A stretch of DNA of 64,000 nt from the human T2T-CHM13v2.0 reference genome, Homo sapiens (GCF_009914755.1 NC_060936.1), one strand, 5' to 3'; shown: positions 16,134 through 28,545, counted from the stretch's first letter. Translations and numbers: made by a program. Notes: generated by a model from the letters alone, not told the origin.

Positions 16134-17197
16134 CTACACCCAAGCTTGTCAAAAGTCTGTTTACTAACCAGAATTTGGTTGGTCACATGTGTAGACTCTG
16201 TAAAATACATGATTCAGTGAATTAGAGCCCTGACCCAGACTTTCTTCCCTGAAGGTTGAGAAACTAAGACACCCTTGTGATGACCCCAGCAGAAAAATCT
16301 TAAACAGAGTTCATTTTCACTTTTTCTTATCATTTTAGAACCCCAGTCAGTGTACTGGATTTTGAATTAAGTATTCTAAGGCACAGGTCTGTATTTTCAA
16401 CAGCGAGATTACCAAACAGGACCCTTTGAGCTCACCTGAAATGTATGCCTCACTGTTCATTTATTTGATCTCAGGGTGTCAAGGTGTCCTCCTCAGGAAG
16501 ACTTGAATTTCTTTTCTCCTCTATTCAATGTTGTTTACAAGAGGAACAACCTCCCAGGCAATACTGTGATTCTGACCCTATGACTCAGGGCTTTTGATTC
16601 CTCTGGCACATTTTAGTAGTCTCAAGCCTGTTGCAGGCTCCCTGCTGCAGGCCTAAACAAAAGTCTCCTTGGAAAGCGAAATTCAAAAGCAAAGCTCACC
16701 CAGCTTTTACCAGGCTGCCCTACTTGACAGCCTATAACCTGTCCAAAGCCGCCCTGGTTTCCTGTGGCCTCCAGAAAGAACTCTCCTTATGCCACTGGCT
16801 GGCTGCGTCCATTAACCCCTTCTCACCAGCTTCCACCCAGTCGAGTAGCAGGCCCTAACAAACTAAGCAGCATAACAGATAAAAAACAAGCTCCAGGATT
16901 GGCAGAGATAATGGTAAGCCCTTAGGGTTTAAGCCTGATGGCCAACAGAAAACACACCCCAATGGCCAAACCTCCAATTTCAAGAAAAAATTGTACTCAT
17001 TCACAAATAAAGTGATTAAAAAAAAAATTTATCTTAGGCAAGGATAGTAGTACATTGTGAAGAAGCCAACCAAACTTATTACACACAAAAAAATATGCAA
17101 AAGCATGTTTAAAAAAAAAAAGGATAGTACCAATAAAATGGTTCTGCAGAGAAGAGCAATCCTGAAAACAGACAATTTGAAATATTTATGCCAAGAA

Positions 17198-17515
17198 CCG
17201 GTAGTGGTGGCTCATGCCTGTAATCCCAGCACTTTGGGAGGCTGAGATGGGAGGATCACTTGAGCACAGGAATTTGAGACCAGCCTAGGCAATACAGGGA
17301 GACCCTATCTCTACAAAAAATAAAAAATAAAAATCAGCTGGGTGTGGTGGTATGCCCCTGTGGTCCCAGCTACTTGGGAGGCTGAAGGTGGGTGGGGATC
17401 ACTTGAGCCCAGGAGTTACAGGCTGCGGTAAGCCTTGACTATACAACTGTACTCCACCCTGGGAGACAGAGAGGGGACCCTGTCTCCAAAGAGAAAAAAA
17501 AAAAAAAAGAAAAAG
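17198..17515 (+). mobile_element. AluJ-like
   Basis: Alu consensus; TTATGCCAAG on both sides. Confidence 0.9.
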
Positions 17516-17812
17516 AAGTACTTATGCCAAGGAAGGAGCTTTTTGCCTAGGTACTAATATTCAGGAAGCAGAAATATGAAAACAGAATGCAGCTGGCTGT
17601 GAGAAAAATTAGACAAGGGAGGAAAGTAGCCATTTTTAGGCAAAAGGAGGAAGGGCAGGAAAGACTGACTACGAGTAAAGAGAAATGCTATGAGAATATC
17701 TGACAGTTAAAGGAACTTAAAATAATTTACTTTACTTGGTACGCTGACTTGCTCGACAATTTTATTTATTCAATTCACCCAACAATGCTTTTTTTTTTTT
17801 TTGGAGCCCCCA

Positions 17813-18192
17813 AGATATGCTTTGGCTGTGCCCCCACCCAAATTTCACCTTGAATTGTAGTCCCCATAATCCCTACATGTCGTGGGAGGGACCCGGTGGG
17901 AGGTAATTTAATCACGGGGGCGGTTTTCCCCCAAGCTGCTGTTCTAGAGATAGTGAGTGGGTTCTCACAAGATCTGATGGTTCTATAATGGGCTTTTCAA
18001 TCTTTCGGTCTGCACTTCTCCTTGCTGCCCCCATGTAAAGAAGGATGTGTTTGCTTCCTCTTCCGCCATGATTGTAAGTTTCCTGAGGCCTCCCCAGCCA
18101 TGCTGAACTGTGAGTCAATTAAACATCTTTCCTTTATAAATTACCCAGTCTTGAGTATGTTTTTATTAGTAGCGTGAGAACGGACTAATACA
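17813..18192 (+). mobile_element. THE1 (THE1C/D-like) MaLR solo LTR
   Basis: GATATGCTTTGGCTGTG...GGACTAATACA termini, 5-bp TSD CCCCA at 17808-17812 and 18193-18197. Confidence 0.9.
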
Positions 18193-18761
18193 CCCCACTA
18201 TGTGCCAAGTATTTTCTAGAAAAGTCACATTTCAAGACTTGAATTTCAAAGACCTGAAGTTAGTGGACTAAGAACAATCTAAAGATTTCCAAAAGGGTCC
18301 ATGTGCTTTTTTGTTAAACACAAACAAACATTAGAAATACAATGGAAAAGCTACCTATGCGACTATGGAGAGAAGGAAGCCGCTGCAGTGGTTGCTCCCT
18401 TGGCCTATTTTCATTCATTCTCTCTTAGACCCAATCAACATCTACTGATTCTACTAGGCCTCTTGCTTGGCTTTATCCAGGGCAAAGAGATGACTAGAAC
18501 TCTTCATGGAGCTTAAAACCAAATACAGAACATCAGACATGCCAATAAATAGTTATACATTAAGACAGCCTGAGATGAAAGGATATCACAGCATAACTGG
18601 GTGGTCAGAATAGGAAGTAAACACTTCTGACTAGGTAATTGTAGAAGCTTAATGAAGCCAAAGACTGAGGGGGTGGATTATTGAGGATGGGCACGATTTT
18701 AATAAGAGAGATGGAGTAGGTATTCCACAGGTAGGAAGTGCACACACAAAAGTGAGAAATA

Positions 18762-19053
18762 GGCCCAGTGTAGTGACTCATGCCTGTAATCCCAACCCTT
18801 TGGGAGGCAAAGGCAGGAGCAGTGCTTGAGCCCAGGAGTTCAAGACCAGCCTGGGCATGATGGCAAAACCCTGTCTCTACAAAAAATACAAAAATTATCT
18901 AGGCATGGTGGCATGCACCTATAGTCCCAGCTACTCAAGGAGGCTGAGATGGGAGGACTCCTTGAGCCTGGGGAGTCGAGGCTGCAGTAAGCCATGATCA
19001 TACCACTGCACTCCAGCCTGGGTGACAGAGTAAGACCTCATCTCAAAAAAAAA
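18762..19053 (+). mobile_element. AluJ-like, about 580 nt downstream of the FGD6 exon 2 donor
   Basis: TSD AAAAGTGAGAAATA. Confidence 0.9.
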
Positions 19054-19635
19054 ATTTTTTTTTAATTAAATTATTTTAAAAGTGAGAAATAAAGAGTAGT
19101 TACGTGTTTCCTGCATTTTTCCTATATCCACTTGAGGTCAGCAATTAGCCATCAACAGGTAAAATGACCAATCTTCAAAGAGTGGTGAACTTCTAAAAAT
19201 GTGGAGGTTCCACCTGATAAGCGCACCACACGTAAATGCCTACATATTTCAGTAACTTCAGACTTCTTATACCTAGCAAATAAATGTCATTGAATTGGCC
19301 AATTTCCTGCCCCAGGTTTCCTGATATGACTTCTGTGCTGGTGTCTGGAGGCCCAGGACCTCTCTGTTCCACGCCTTCCTTGCAGCAGCACCTACATTGC
19401 CACTGGTTCAAATTCTTTGAATCGGTTACTAAAATAAATTAACTACTTCAAGCTTGTATTGCAAATACCCATTCCAACTGTATGCTAAAAGGAGGCTGCA
19501 CTTGAGAATAATTACACATTTTCTAAACTATTCCTTCAACCACGTGTTTTTTTTCCCCCTGCATTCCTAACTCACCAGGCTGTTGAAGGTTAATTGCAAT
19601 GATGCATGCAAAAGTGTCTGTCTGGCACCTGTTAC

Positions 19636-22060
19636 CTGGAATGCTGATGTCTGGGTCCAAGCTGCAGCTGGCCATCTGGAGCTTCATATGGCTCTTCTAC
19701 CTCATACACATTTGCATCAGCGTCCTCCATGCTGCTGGAATTCTGCCATTCCAACTCTTGAGTTTTCCGTATAGCCATAATAAATGGCAAGTTCTCGTAC
19801 TCTGGTATTTCCTCATAATGGCGTATATTTTCATACTCCGGTGCACAGAGGCTTGTAACAGACTTGTAAGGTGCCTGAGATGATGACTCCCGGGAGAGCA
19901 TTTGGTCATCCAAAGACTCAGCTCTCAGACCATTAGCTGCACTGGTCTGGCCCCGAGACTTCTTCCTCTTCTTTTGAGATTCCAGGCTATAGTTTTCTGT
20001 GGAATATGCCTTGATGGGTTTACTTCTCTTCTCCTCTCCTACCAACAAGCCTTGCCAATCACTTTCAATCCCCTTCTGCTCCCCACTGGAGAGGTGGCCT
20101 GTGGTGGTGTCTCCGAGTTGGCTACTCTTGGACCAAAATTTTTGAAAGTCACTCTTCATGAAACAGATGGACAGTTTCATGCTGAGCAACTTTTTAAAAG
20201 AGTTTTTCTTTGTAGAGTCTTTGCAAGGCTTAGTGCACTTTTCCACATCCATAGCAGATAACGATTTTGCTCTGGGCTTGGTTAGGGCTGTTGAAGGCTC
20301 ACTGTTTGACGATACGGTGACAGACTTTAAGAATTCTGGGTTCCCTGAAAAGGGTAAAATAGGATGAGGTAACTTCCACACTGGCTTTTCTGAAGCCCGT
20401 TTAGGCATATCAAAGGAGGATGACACACCACGGTTTTGGGCACACAAATGCTGAAGGTGATTTCTTTCTAGACTCTTCTCTGAACTTTTTTCTTCACTTG
20501 AAGGATAAGAACTTTTTTCCAAAAGCTCCTCGGAGGCAGCCTTTTTAAGCACTCCTGTAGCAGGCAAGCTATGTCTTTGAGGTTTTTTGGGGACAATTCG
20601 TAGAGAATTTTCCTCTTTTATAACAGATTCCTTTTGCATTTGAGGGGCAGAAACTCCCAGGTTTCTCCCAGATTGCAAATGTTCATTGCAAGTTAATTTG
20701 AGCTGCTTAGGCAGGCTCATAGATACAGTACATCTTATAAAACCGGTCCCTTCGTCCACAGCAAGCGACATACTAGAACCATCTACAGTTGTGCTGTCAG
20801 AACTCAAATTAGAGTCTTTATCAAAAGAAGGTGCCATTTTTTCAAAGGAAGTTGTTTCATTACACATGGCTTTCTGTGAATTGACTAAGTCCTGTGCATC
20901 ACTGTTGGATTCCATATTCAATTCACTTTTATTTCCTAGCTTCATTTTATCCACCTGTTCCTGCTTACACAAAACATTCTGATGCAGAACACTGATTTTA
21001 TTGATTTTCAAACTATTTTCAGTAAGACAGGAAGAGCTACTGTCTGAATTCCCCGGTTCTTCAGTGCTTTCACTAGGAGTATCTACACACTTTTGGCGTA
21101 ACAGACGAGCAGTTCGTGTCTTTCTGGGCTTGGGAGTTGGAAATTTTGGGGTATATGGTACTAAATGAATTTCTAAGGGACCAAGGTCTTTGACTTCTGA
21201 TTTCTTACTAACTCCATCTGAAGATATTAAAGTACTCCTTTTCCCATTTTCCAGAGCCTCTAGTTCAGATGACTGAAAGCAATTATTGCTTTTTTCACTG
21301 TCATCCTGGCAAGTTTCAAAATGTTCACATTCATCACTAGGAAGCTGTAAGTGGCAACTGTGATGATCAGGAACTTTTTCAAAGCTGGATGGGGAAGGTG
21401 ACAAATCCGCAAATTCAATTCTGAATTGTCCATTTGAATTACAGCCACCATTCATTTCTGGGCTGTCTGTGGGCCTGTGCTTCTGTGCAGAAATAAAAGG
21501 TGGCATTTGGTGTATTAAGGCATCTTTGAGCTCCTCTTCTAAAACGCTTGCCTTTAAAACAACCCCACCCTGGTTCTTGGCTTTTTCACCATACAAATCA
21601 CATTTACTCCTAGTTTTTATAGTCAAAGTCTCATCAATTTTACTGTTTTCTAAATTTTCATTCATTTCCAGGGGCTCTAAAACAAGCTGCTTTACACACA
21701 AATTCTCTCTATGGCCCAGCTTATGGATACACTCAGAACTGCAGGAACACATTGGTGAAATATAATCATTGCTCTGATTGCCTTCATATTTACAATTAAA
21801 GTTGTCAGTGCTTTCAGCTAATTCCTGTTTATGCCCTTCCAGGTTCAACATGATTTTCCTTGATGGCGACTGCCCAATCTCTCGAACAGGTGAGGTCTTC
21901 AGGACTTTTGGTTTTGGGGCTATTGCTGGTTTCATTTTCTTTGTCGACTGTGGAACACTAGAAATCACAATGTCGGGTTTAGGTGCAATAGGAGGTGGGG
22001 CTGGCTTATTATTTGCCACAACAAACTTGGGCTTGGGGGCCACTGGTGGCTTCTTTATCT
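19636..22060 (-). CDS. FGD6: FGD6 (FYVE, RhoGEF and PH domain-containing protein 6) giant coding exon 2, 2,425 nt, codons 6-814, N-terminal region
   Basis: 803-codon ORF in the track (19632..22043). Acceptor TTTTTCCTTTCTAG|AGATAAAG at 22060, donor TCCAG|GTAACA at 19636. The DH/PH/FYVE exons lie beyond the left edge of the window. Confidence 0.96.
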
Positions 22061-22318
22061 CTAGAAAGGAAAAAATAATAATTTGATGTCAAAACAACCA
22101 AAGCACAAAATGATACATGATTAAATCTGATAGCATTTTTTATTTTTAACAATATGACCTTGCCTTTTACTGAGTATGTTACATTATATAGTATCAATAT
22201 TACTCCTGAAAATTCCTTAAATTGTCTTTCAATTCCATACATAGCTTTGGGTCTATTGTACATTTTTAAATAAATCCAATACAGTTTGTTTCTCCAGCTT
22301 TGGAACTGTTACCATATC

Positions 22319-22631
22319 TTTTTTTCTTTTTCTTCTTTTTTTTTTTTTTGTGAGACGGAGTCTTGCCCTGTCGCCCAGGCTGGAGTGCAGTGACATGATC
22401 TCGGCTCACTGCAACCTCTGCTTCCAGGGTTCAAGTATTTCTCCTGCCTCAGCCTCCTGAGTAGCTGGGATTACAAGTGCGCACCACCACATCCGGCTAA
22501 GTTTTGTATTTTTAGTAGAGATGGGGTTTCACCATGTTGATCAGGCTGGTCTCAAACTCCTGACCTCGTGATCCACCCACCTCAGCCTCCCAAAGTGCTG
22601 GGATTATAGGCGTGAGCCACCGCGCCCAGCC
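22319..22631 (-). mobile_element. AluS, about 260 nt upstream of the FGD6 exon 2 acceptor
   Basis: Alu consensus; CATATCTTT on both sides. Confidence 0.92.
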
Positions 22632-24087
22632 CATCATATCTTTCATTGACAAAAAATGAGATAATTGACTTCAGTTTGGGACCCACATAGTTGTTCTTCA
22701 ATTCATTTGCCAAGTGCTGAAAGTTGAATTTGCCTAAGTTAAATGTAGGATGCAGCTCTTTAAACTTCAGATCAATGATCAATGATCTGTCTACCTCGAT
22801 AGATAGAACCCCAAAACAATATTAAAAAAGGAAGACAGAAATCAGAAATTTTCTAAATTTAAAAACTGAAAATTAATTCTTTGGTATTATTTAAGGCTCA
22901 TAATAAACCTGGTATTTCTTTCTCCAAGAGTTATTGGTTGGGAATTTTCATTATATTCCTTCACGGAGCTCTATTTTTTAAAAAGTCACATGTCTAGGTC
23001 CTACCCTAGAGTGAACTAGTTAGTTTCTGGGGATAGATCCTGGACATCTGTACATCTTTTAAGTTCCACAGGTTATGTTGTTTATCCCTCATTAACATCC
23101 ACTGTTCTACTACATTTAAAAGATAACTACAATTTCTAGTGTAGCAATTCTTCCTAAACATTATATATAAGGTATTTAACTAACACCTATTATACAATGC
23201 TGCATCGGTACAGATCTGCTCCTATACTATAGGAACCTAATAAAAGCTTTACACAACAGACCTATAAAGCGAAAAGATAAATAAAGCCTGTATATCTGTA
23301 AGTTCCTTTATGTTCTTCCACCTACACTGTCATATTATTGACCACATTTCCCCAAGGAGACATGTCATAAAAAATATTTTATCTTTTACATTTATATTTG
23401 TTCGTTTGACAGGATCTAACACTTAATAAAAACTTAATTTACTGAAAAAACTTTTCAAAATATCTGCTGCAAAGGACTGCTGGACGTTGTTTAATTACTT
23501 GAATAGACAGGGGCTCTGATATTTCATTTGGTGATGACTTACTTTTGAACAAAGGAAATTAGTCACGACACTTGGGAAGCTATTACACGGAACTGAGTTT
23601 TTTTAAAAAAAAGAGGAGTAGGGTGCTCTACTTCCTTTTACCAACCAAGGAAGAATTCCCTAAATCTCTACTTCTATGTGTGCAATAAAGATTATATGAT
23701 GTATATGATGATACATGTCCTCTCACTCAATTTCTAGGTATAATGTCATCATCAATAAAAAATTATTTTCAAAATAATGCAAATTCCTATACTACATAAT
23801 TTCAGTTAGCTGTTCAATCATCATAGTTAATTTTGTCTGAGTTTTTTTTAGGCAGAAAATAACTGAAAAACCCTTCAAATCCTAGTGAGAAACCTAGTTG
23901 TAAATGTCTATTAAATCAAACCCTCCATTTAGTAAGTCAAGTCTTAAGAGAAAGTATGAATGCCTTAGGCCTCTTCCCAACGGCCCATCTTACTCAGTAC
24001 GACTGTCAAGTTGATTTTATTTCTGTAACCATTATCAAAACATCCTACCTCTGGGATTTTTCAAAGAATTTTTTAAAAATTAGTTTT

Positions 24088-24223
24088 GGCAGCCTGGCAT
24101 AGTGGCTCATGCCTGTAATCCCAGCACCTTGGGAGGGCAAGGTGGGAGGATTGCTTGAGCTCAGGAATTGGAGACCAGCCTGGGCAACACAGTAAGACTC
24201 CGTCTCCATGAAAACAAAAAAAA
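24088..24223 (+). mobile_element. FLAM-type monomer followed by an L1M fragment
   Basis: Left arm only. Confidence 0.8.
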
Positions 24224-25648
24224 TAGTTTCGTAAAATGAAGAGTTCTTGAGATTGGATGTACCATGTGAATGTACTTAACACTTCTGAACTATACACTTA
24301 AAAATGAGTAAGACGGTAAATTTATCTTACGTGCTATTTTACCACAGTTGGAAGAAAACTTCATCTCTCATCAAATTAATCTTTTACTTTCCGTATCTTA
24401 GAACCTTGTCAGAAGCTTTAGGGTCATTTAAATATCATTTTTAAAAAATCCCTGGTACCAATTTTACTCTTTTTAAAAAATGCGTTTTGTACACAAATCT
24501 GCTTCCAAGAGATATAAATTCCTGTTCTAGTGTCACAGAAATTCAATTAACTACGTATGTGCTGGAGTTGATTCCCAATAAATATAGCAAAGTCCTATTA
24601 CGTACATAAAACCCTCAACGCATACTCACTGAATTCAATTAATAACTGTGAACTTGGGCTTGCCATTGTTAGTTAACTGTGTATTGAAGGAAGTCACAGA
24701 CATAACTCAGGGAGCTGGCTAACCTAATTGTGGGCCTTGTACAGACCTGGCTGCCTCACTTTCCTTCCTTATAAATGGGGGAGTTGAACAGGCCTCTAAA
24801 GCCCATAGGAATCTGAGATGATAACTTCTGAGACACTCATTTCAGAAGAACCTCATGTACTGTGGCCTCTGTCTCCTGCGTTGATGTTTTTTCAGTTCAC
24901 CTTTGTCTGTGTTCAGCATAAGACACAAGCTCCAGAAGGGCAGGCACTTTGTCTCATTCACTGATGTATCCCAGTGCTAACAACAGGGCCTGGGAATAAT
25001 CACAGCTGCCACATACACATACTCTTTAATATGTCTCCATAACAGAAAATTTCTTCTTTAAAAATAATCACATTCAAAAATGTACATCCATTTTAATGTA
25101 GAATAATATTTTGAAAAGTTAGCAGGAATCAATTTCAATACGATTATTGAAAAATTCCTTAATTATTAATAGGAACAAGTGTTCAACTAAGTCACTGGTA
25201 GAGCAATATCCAAAATCCTTCATTATTTTTTTTTCATGGCTCTATTTTGGAAGAAACACAACTCAAAAAATAATAAGCCATTATATTATGGTCTACTCCA
25301 ATGTGAAATAAGTGCATGACATTTGGCAATAAATCTAGCACCTTTGGATCTTAATACTGCATCAACAGTCAGACCCAAAGCTTCTTAGAGCAAAGCAGCA
25401 AATCTTTTATTTACACAGCTGTTTGGCTCCAGGGAAATATAAGGTAAGAAAGTAAAGCACTAGTACCATTTTACTAACTATTACAAACATACTCGTCATC
25501 TGTTACACACAGATGGCTGTGGTTCACGTGTACACTCTCTGGCTACTGGACCAGCCAAAACGCAAAGCACAGACAATGAAGACAGTGACCTGTACATGTT
25601 CAAAAGGACACAAAATATATACCTATATATACCTATAATTCTCTCTCC

Positions 25649-25954
25649 TTTTTTCTTTTTTTTTTTTTTTTTTTGAGATGGAGTCTTGCTCTGTCACCCA
25701 GGCTAGAGTGCAGTGGCTCGATCTCGGCTCACCACAACCTCCGCCTCGCTGGCTCAAGCAATTTTCATATCAGCCTCCCGAATAGCTGGGACTACAGGCG
25801 CACCCCACCACACCTGGCTAATTTTTGTATTTTTAGTAGAGACAGGGTTTTGCCATGTTGGCCAGGCTGGTCTCAAACTCCTGACCTCAAGTGATCCACC
25901 CGCCTTGGCCTCCCAAAGTGATGGAATTACAGGCTTGAGCCACTGCGCCCAGCC
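25649..25954 (-). mobile_element. AluS
   Basis: TSD CTCTCCTTTTT. Confidence 0.9.
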
Positions 25955-28019
25955 TCTCCTTTTTCATATACAGCTTAAAATAATTCTGAAATCTCCACTA
26001 AGGGCAGATTATTTTATAGATGTAGAAAAACAAAGCAAGCTTTTCTGCTGGATACATATAACCTAGATGTTCTACAACATTCCTTTTATTTTCTTAAATT
26101 AAACCAACCCTTCCAAATACCACAGATTAGATTCAAAAGCAAAAATCCCCTCCCTTAACTTCAAGTAACTTTCCTAAACGTTTCAATGAATTTGACTATT
26201 GTTCCCAAAAAGCACCATAATCAGCTTGTAAGAACTATGTATACATATAAGAATGGGTAGAAATAAAACCCCAGTTCTCTTCCATATTCCCCATCTAGAC
26301 ACCAGAAAGAATTATGATAAATCCAACAGATGGGTGAGCAAAAAAGTAGTTGATGCTTCTCAGCCAGCAATGCTAAAAACCAACCAACTCGGCTAGACAC
26401 AGGAAGTGTCCCACTTTAAACACCACAAAAATTTCTGTGGATTTCTTTAATTGTAAAGTTGATAAAATACAAAAATAGCTTGCATTATTTTAGGATAATT
26501 CAAATGCAAGAATCATGAACTTCCAGTCTGGGCCCTAGAAATTGGGTTTACATAAATGTGAAATTACATGCTTCTGTGCCTGTTCCTTATAAACTGTTAA
26601 GACTGGAATTGAAAACTGATACATATAAGACACGGTTATTTTAAATACATTTGACACCTCCAAAAAGGAAAGAGCTAAAACTGGCTGGAAGGATTTTAAA
26701 ATTTCCAACCACTTTTAATTTAAATCAATTTCTTGAACGAAGGTAAGGCACAGAAATGTAGGATGAAAATAATTTACCTTATGTAAGTATAAAGCCTCCC
26801 TTTGGCAAAGAAAAGAGAGTTTATAAAGATATCTCATATAAGTGCATATAACATCAAAAAGGAAAGACCCACACAACACCCACTTCTTGCTTTCTTTTCC
26901 TATTGGCTAACTTCTTGTTTCGTTTGTTGTAATCTGATCACAGGGAGCAATGCAACACTACAATATATCTAGGCTTTAGAAATAATACAAATCAGAACAT
27001 TTGAGTGCTGTTGGACAGTTTCAAGTTGCAAGAATTTTAAACAAATGCCAAGAAAAGCAATGAAAATTTAATCTGATACTTAAGTGCTGATTCTGGAAGT
27101 AACCTTGAGAAGAAGCTTTAAACTATTTCACTATAAAATTTCTAATGAAAGTTTCAACGTGGACAAAAACGTAAAATAACCCATAACACTCTACTTAATA
27201 CATAAGTTCTGGTTTAAAAATTAACCTATGTACTTACGAAGTGAACGTAACACCACTTTGGTAATTATTTTGTAAAACAGAAATTGTTCCTTAAGAATGT
27301 TCAGAAACACAACGTCTAGAATTGCTGAAAATCCACACAAAGATAGAGGCTTTGTCATTTGGATGAAGGGGAAAGAACTATGGGAGGCAGACAGAAAATA
27401 AAGCTTTGTTTACCCTAATCAGGTAGAAACAAACAAAATAATTGTAATTGGGTGCAGACAAGCAAAAAAAAAAAAAAAAAAAAAAACCTCAACAATCTCA
27501 ACTCCTCTGCTTCTCAGGTAACAGAGGTAAAACCACCAGGACATGACAATGTCTACGCCTCTTTAAAATGGGTAAAAGGTTTACCAGCAGATACAAGGTT
27601 GAAAGCGACTCACTTAGTGGCCAAATTGAACACGCTGAGAACACTGCCTTTACCTATAATAACTGATCTATTAACTTGGGAATCTACACTATTTTCACAT
27701 GCAAAGGCGAAGTCCTCGCACTGCTGGAGAGATGAGCGAACGCCCTTCACACATCGCATTTCACCTGGTGCAGAGCCCCCAGCACAGTCCCCCTTGGAAG
27801 GGAGATCCCGAGAAATCCCGGGTTTCCAAACAGCCCCTCTGGGCAGGAAAAGACGAGAAAGCCGGCAGCGAATCCCATTAGCTCCGCGCTTGCCGAGGTG
27901 CTCGGCAAAGGTACGGGGCACACAACTCGCCCACCCCGGCGAAGAAAGTTGCTCGCGAGCCCAAGCCTAGCAGCGCTCGCCACAAACTTTCCCGCGGCAG
28001 CGCGAGCGCCGTCACTTAC

Positions 28020-28035
28020 CGGCTGCAGAAGTCAT
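28020..28035 (-). CDS. FGD6: FGD6 coding exon 1 (MTSAA + first nt of Glu6)
   Basis: Minus strand reads GAATC ATG ACT TCT GCA GCC G|GTAAGT (consensus donor). Phase 1 joins exon 2 to give MTSAAEIKKPPVAPKP, the FGD6 N-terminus as I recognise it. Confidence 0.95.
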
Positions 28036-28071
28036 GATTCCCCGGTGCAGCTCGCTTCCCCGCTCGGCCCC

Positions 28072-28146
28072 TCAATCCATCTTCCCCTTTCAGTCCATTG
28101 TTCCCACAGTTCGGGTAGGAGAGAAAAGCCCCCGCAGCGCCCACAT
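28072..28146 (-). other. FGD6 5' leader uORF cluster (MWALRGLFSPTRTVGTMD*, nested MD*, second MD*)
   Basis: Minus-strand ATGs at 28146, 28098 and 28080; TGA stops end at 28090 and 28072. Inclusion in the mRNA is inferred. Confidence 0.65.
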
Positions 28147-28424
28147 TCCGTCCCGCCGCCCCGCGGCGCAGCCTGAGCGCCACACAAAGGACGCGGCCGA
28201 CTCTAGCGACCCTGCGGCGCTCCCGGGCGCGAGCCGCCGGGGTCGGGCGGGCGAGCACTAGCACCGCCCCGCAGAGCGGCAGGCTGACAGCCAGGCGCGG
28301 GCACGAGCAGTGCTCTCTTCGGCTCCGCTGGCGCGTGCCCTTCTCGGGCTCCAAAAATCAGCAGTGCTCCGGGCGCCCCCTGCTAGTCGCGGCCGTAAAA
28401 GGCAGACAAAAGCCCTAGCCTCCT

Positions 28425-28493
28425 CCAATCGGAGGGCTCGAGCTTCAGCTCGCTCCCGCCTCTCTCGCTTACACGCTCACTCTCTTCTCCAAT
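28425..28493 (+). promoter_or_regulatory. Two CCAAT boxes (NF-Y candidates) at 28425-28429 and 28489-28493
   Basis: CTCCAATCGG and CTCCAATAAG between the divergent first exons. Confidence 0.6.
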
Positions 28494-28526
28494 AAGCGGG
28501 CTCGAAAAGGGGGCGTGAGCGGCGAG

Positions 28527-28545
28527 GCATATTGGGAATTGTAGT
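28527..28545 (-). promoter_or_regulatory. ZNF143/THAP11-type (SBS) motif ACTACAATTCCCAATATGC
   Basis: Plus strand GCATATTGGGAATTGTAGT matches the ACTAYRNNNCCCR motif known to be enriched at bidirectional promoters. Confidence 0.85.

Noticed and set aside
16431-16590. Minus-strand donor-like CAG|GTGAG and a nearby AP-1 site TGACTCA in FGD6 intron 2
   Set aside because: No convincing acceptor or promoter partner, and such short motifs occur by chance.
19632-22043. 803-aa ORF treated as a single-exon gene
   Set aside because: It starts at a GTG (Val12) and ends at a TAA just inside the intron. Canonical splice sites define it as internal FGD6 exon 2.
27951-27960. Palindrome GCTCGCGAGC resembling the BANP motif
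   Set aside because: Flanking bases do not match TCTCGCGAGA, and such palindromes are common in CpG islands.
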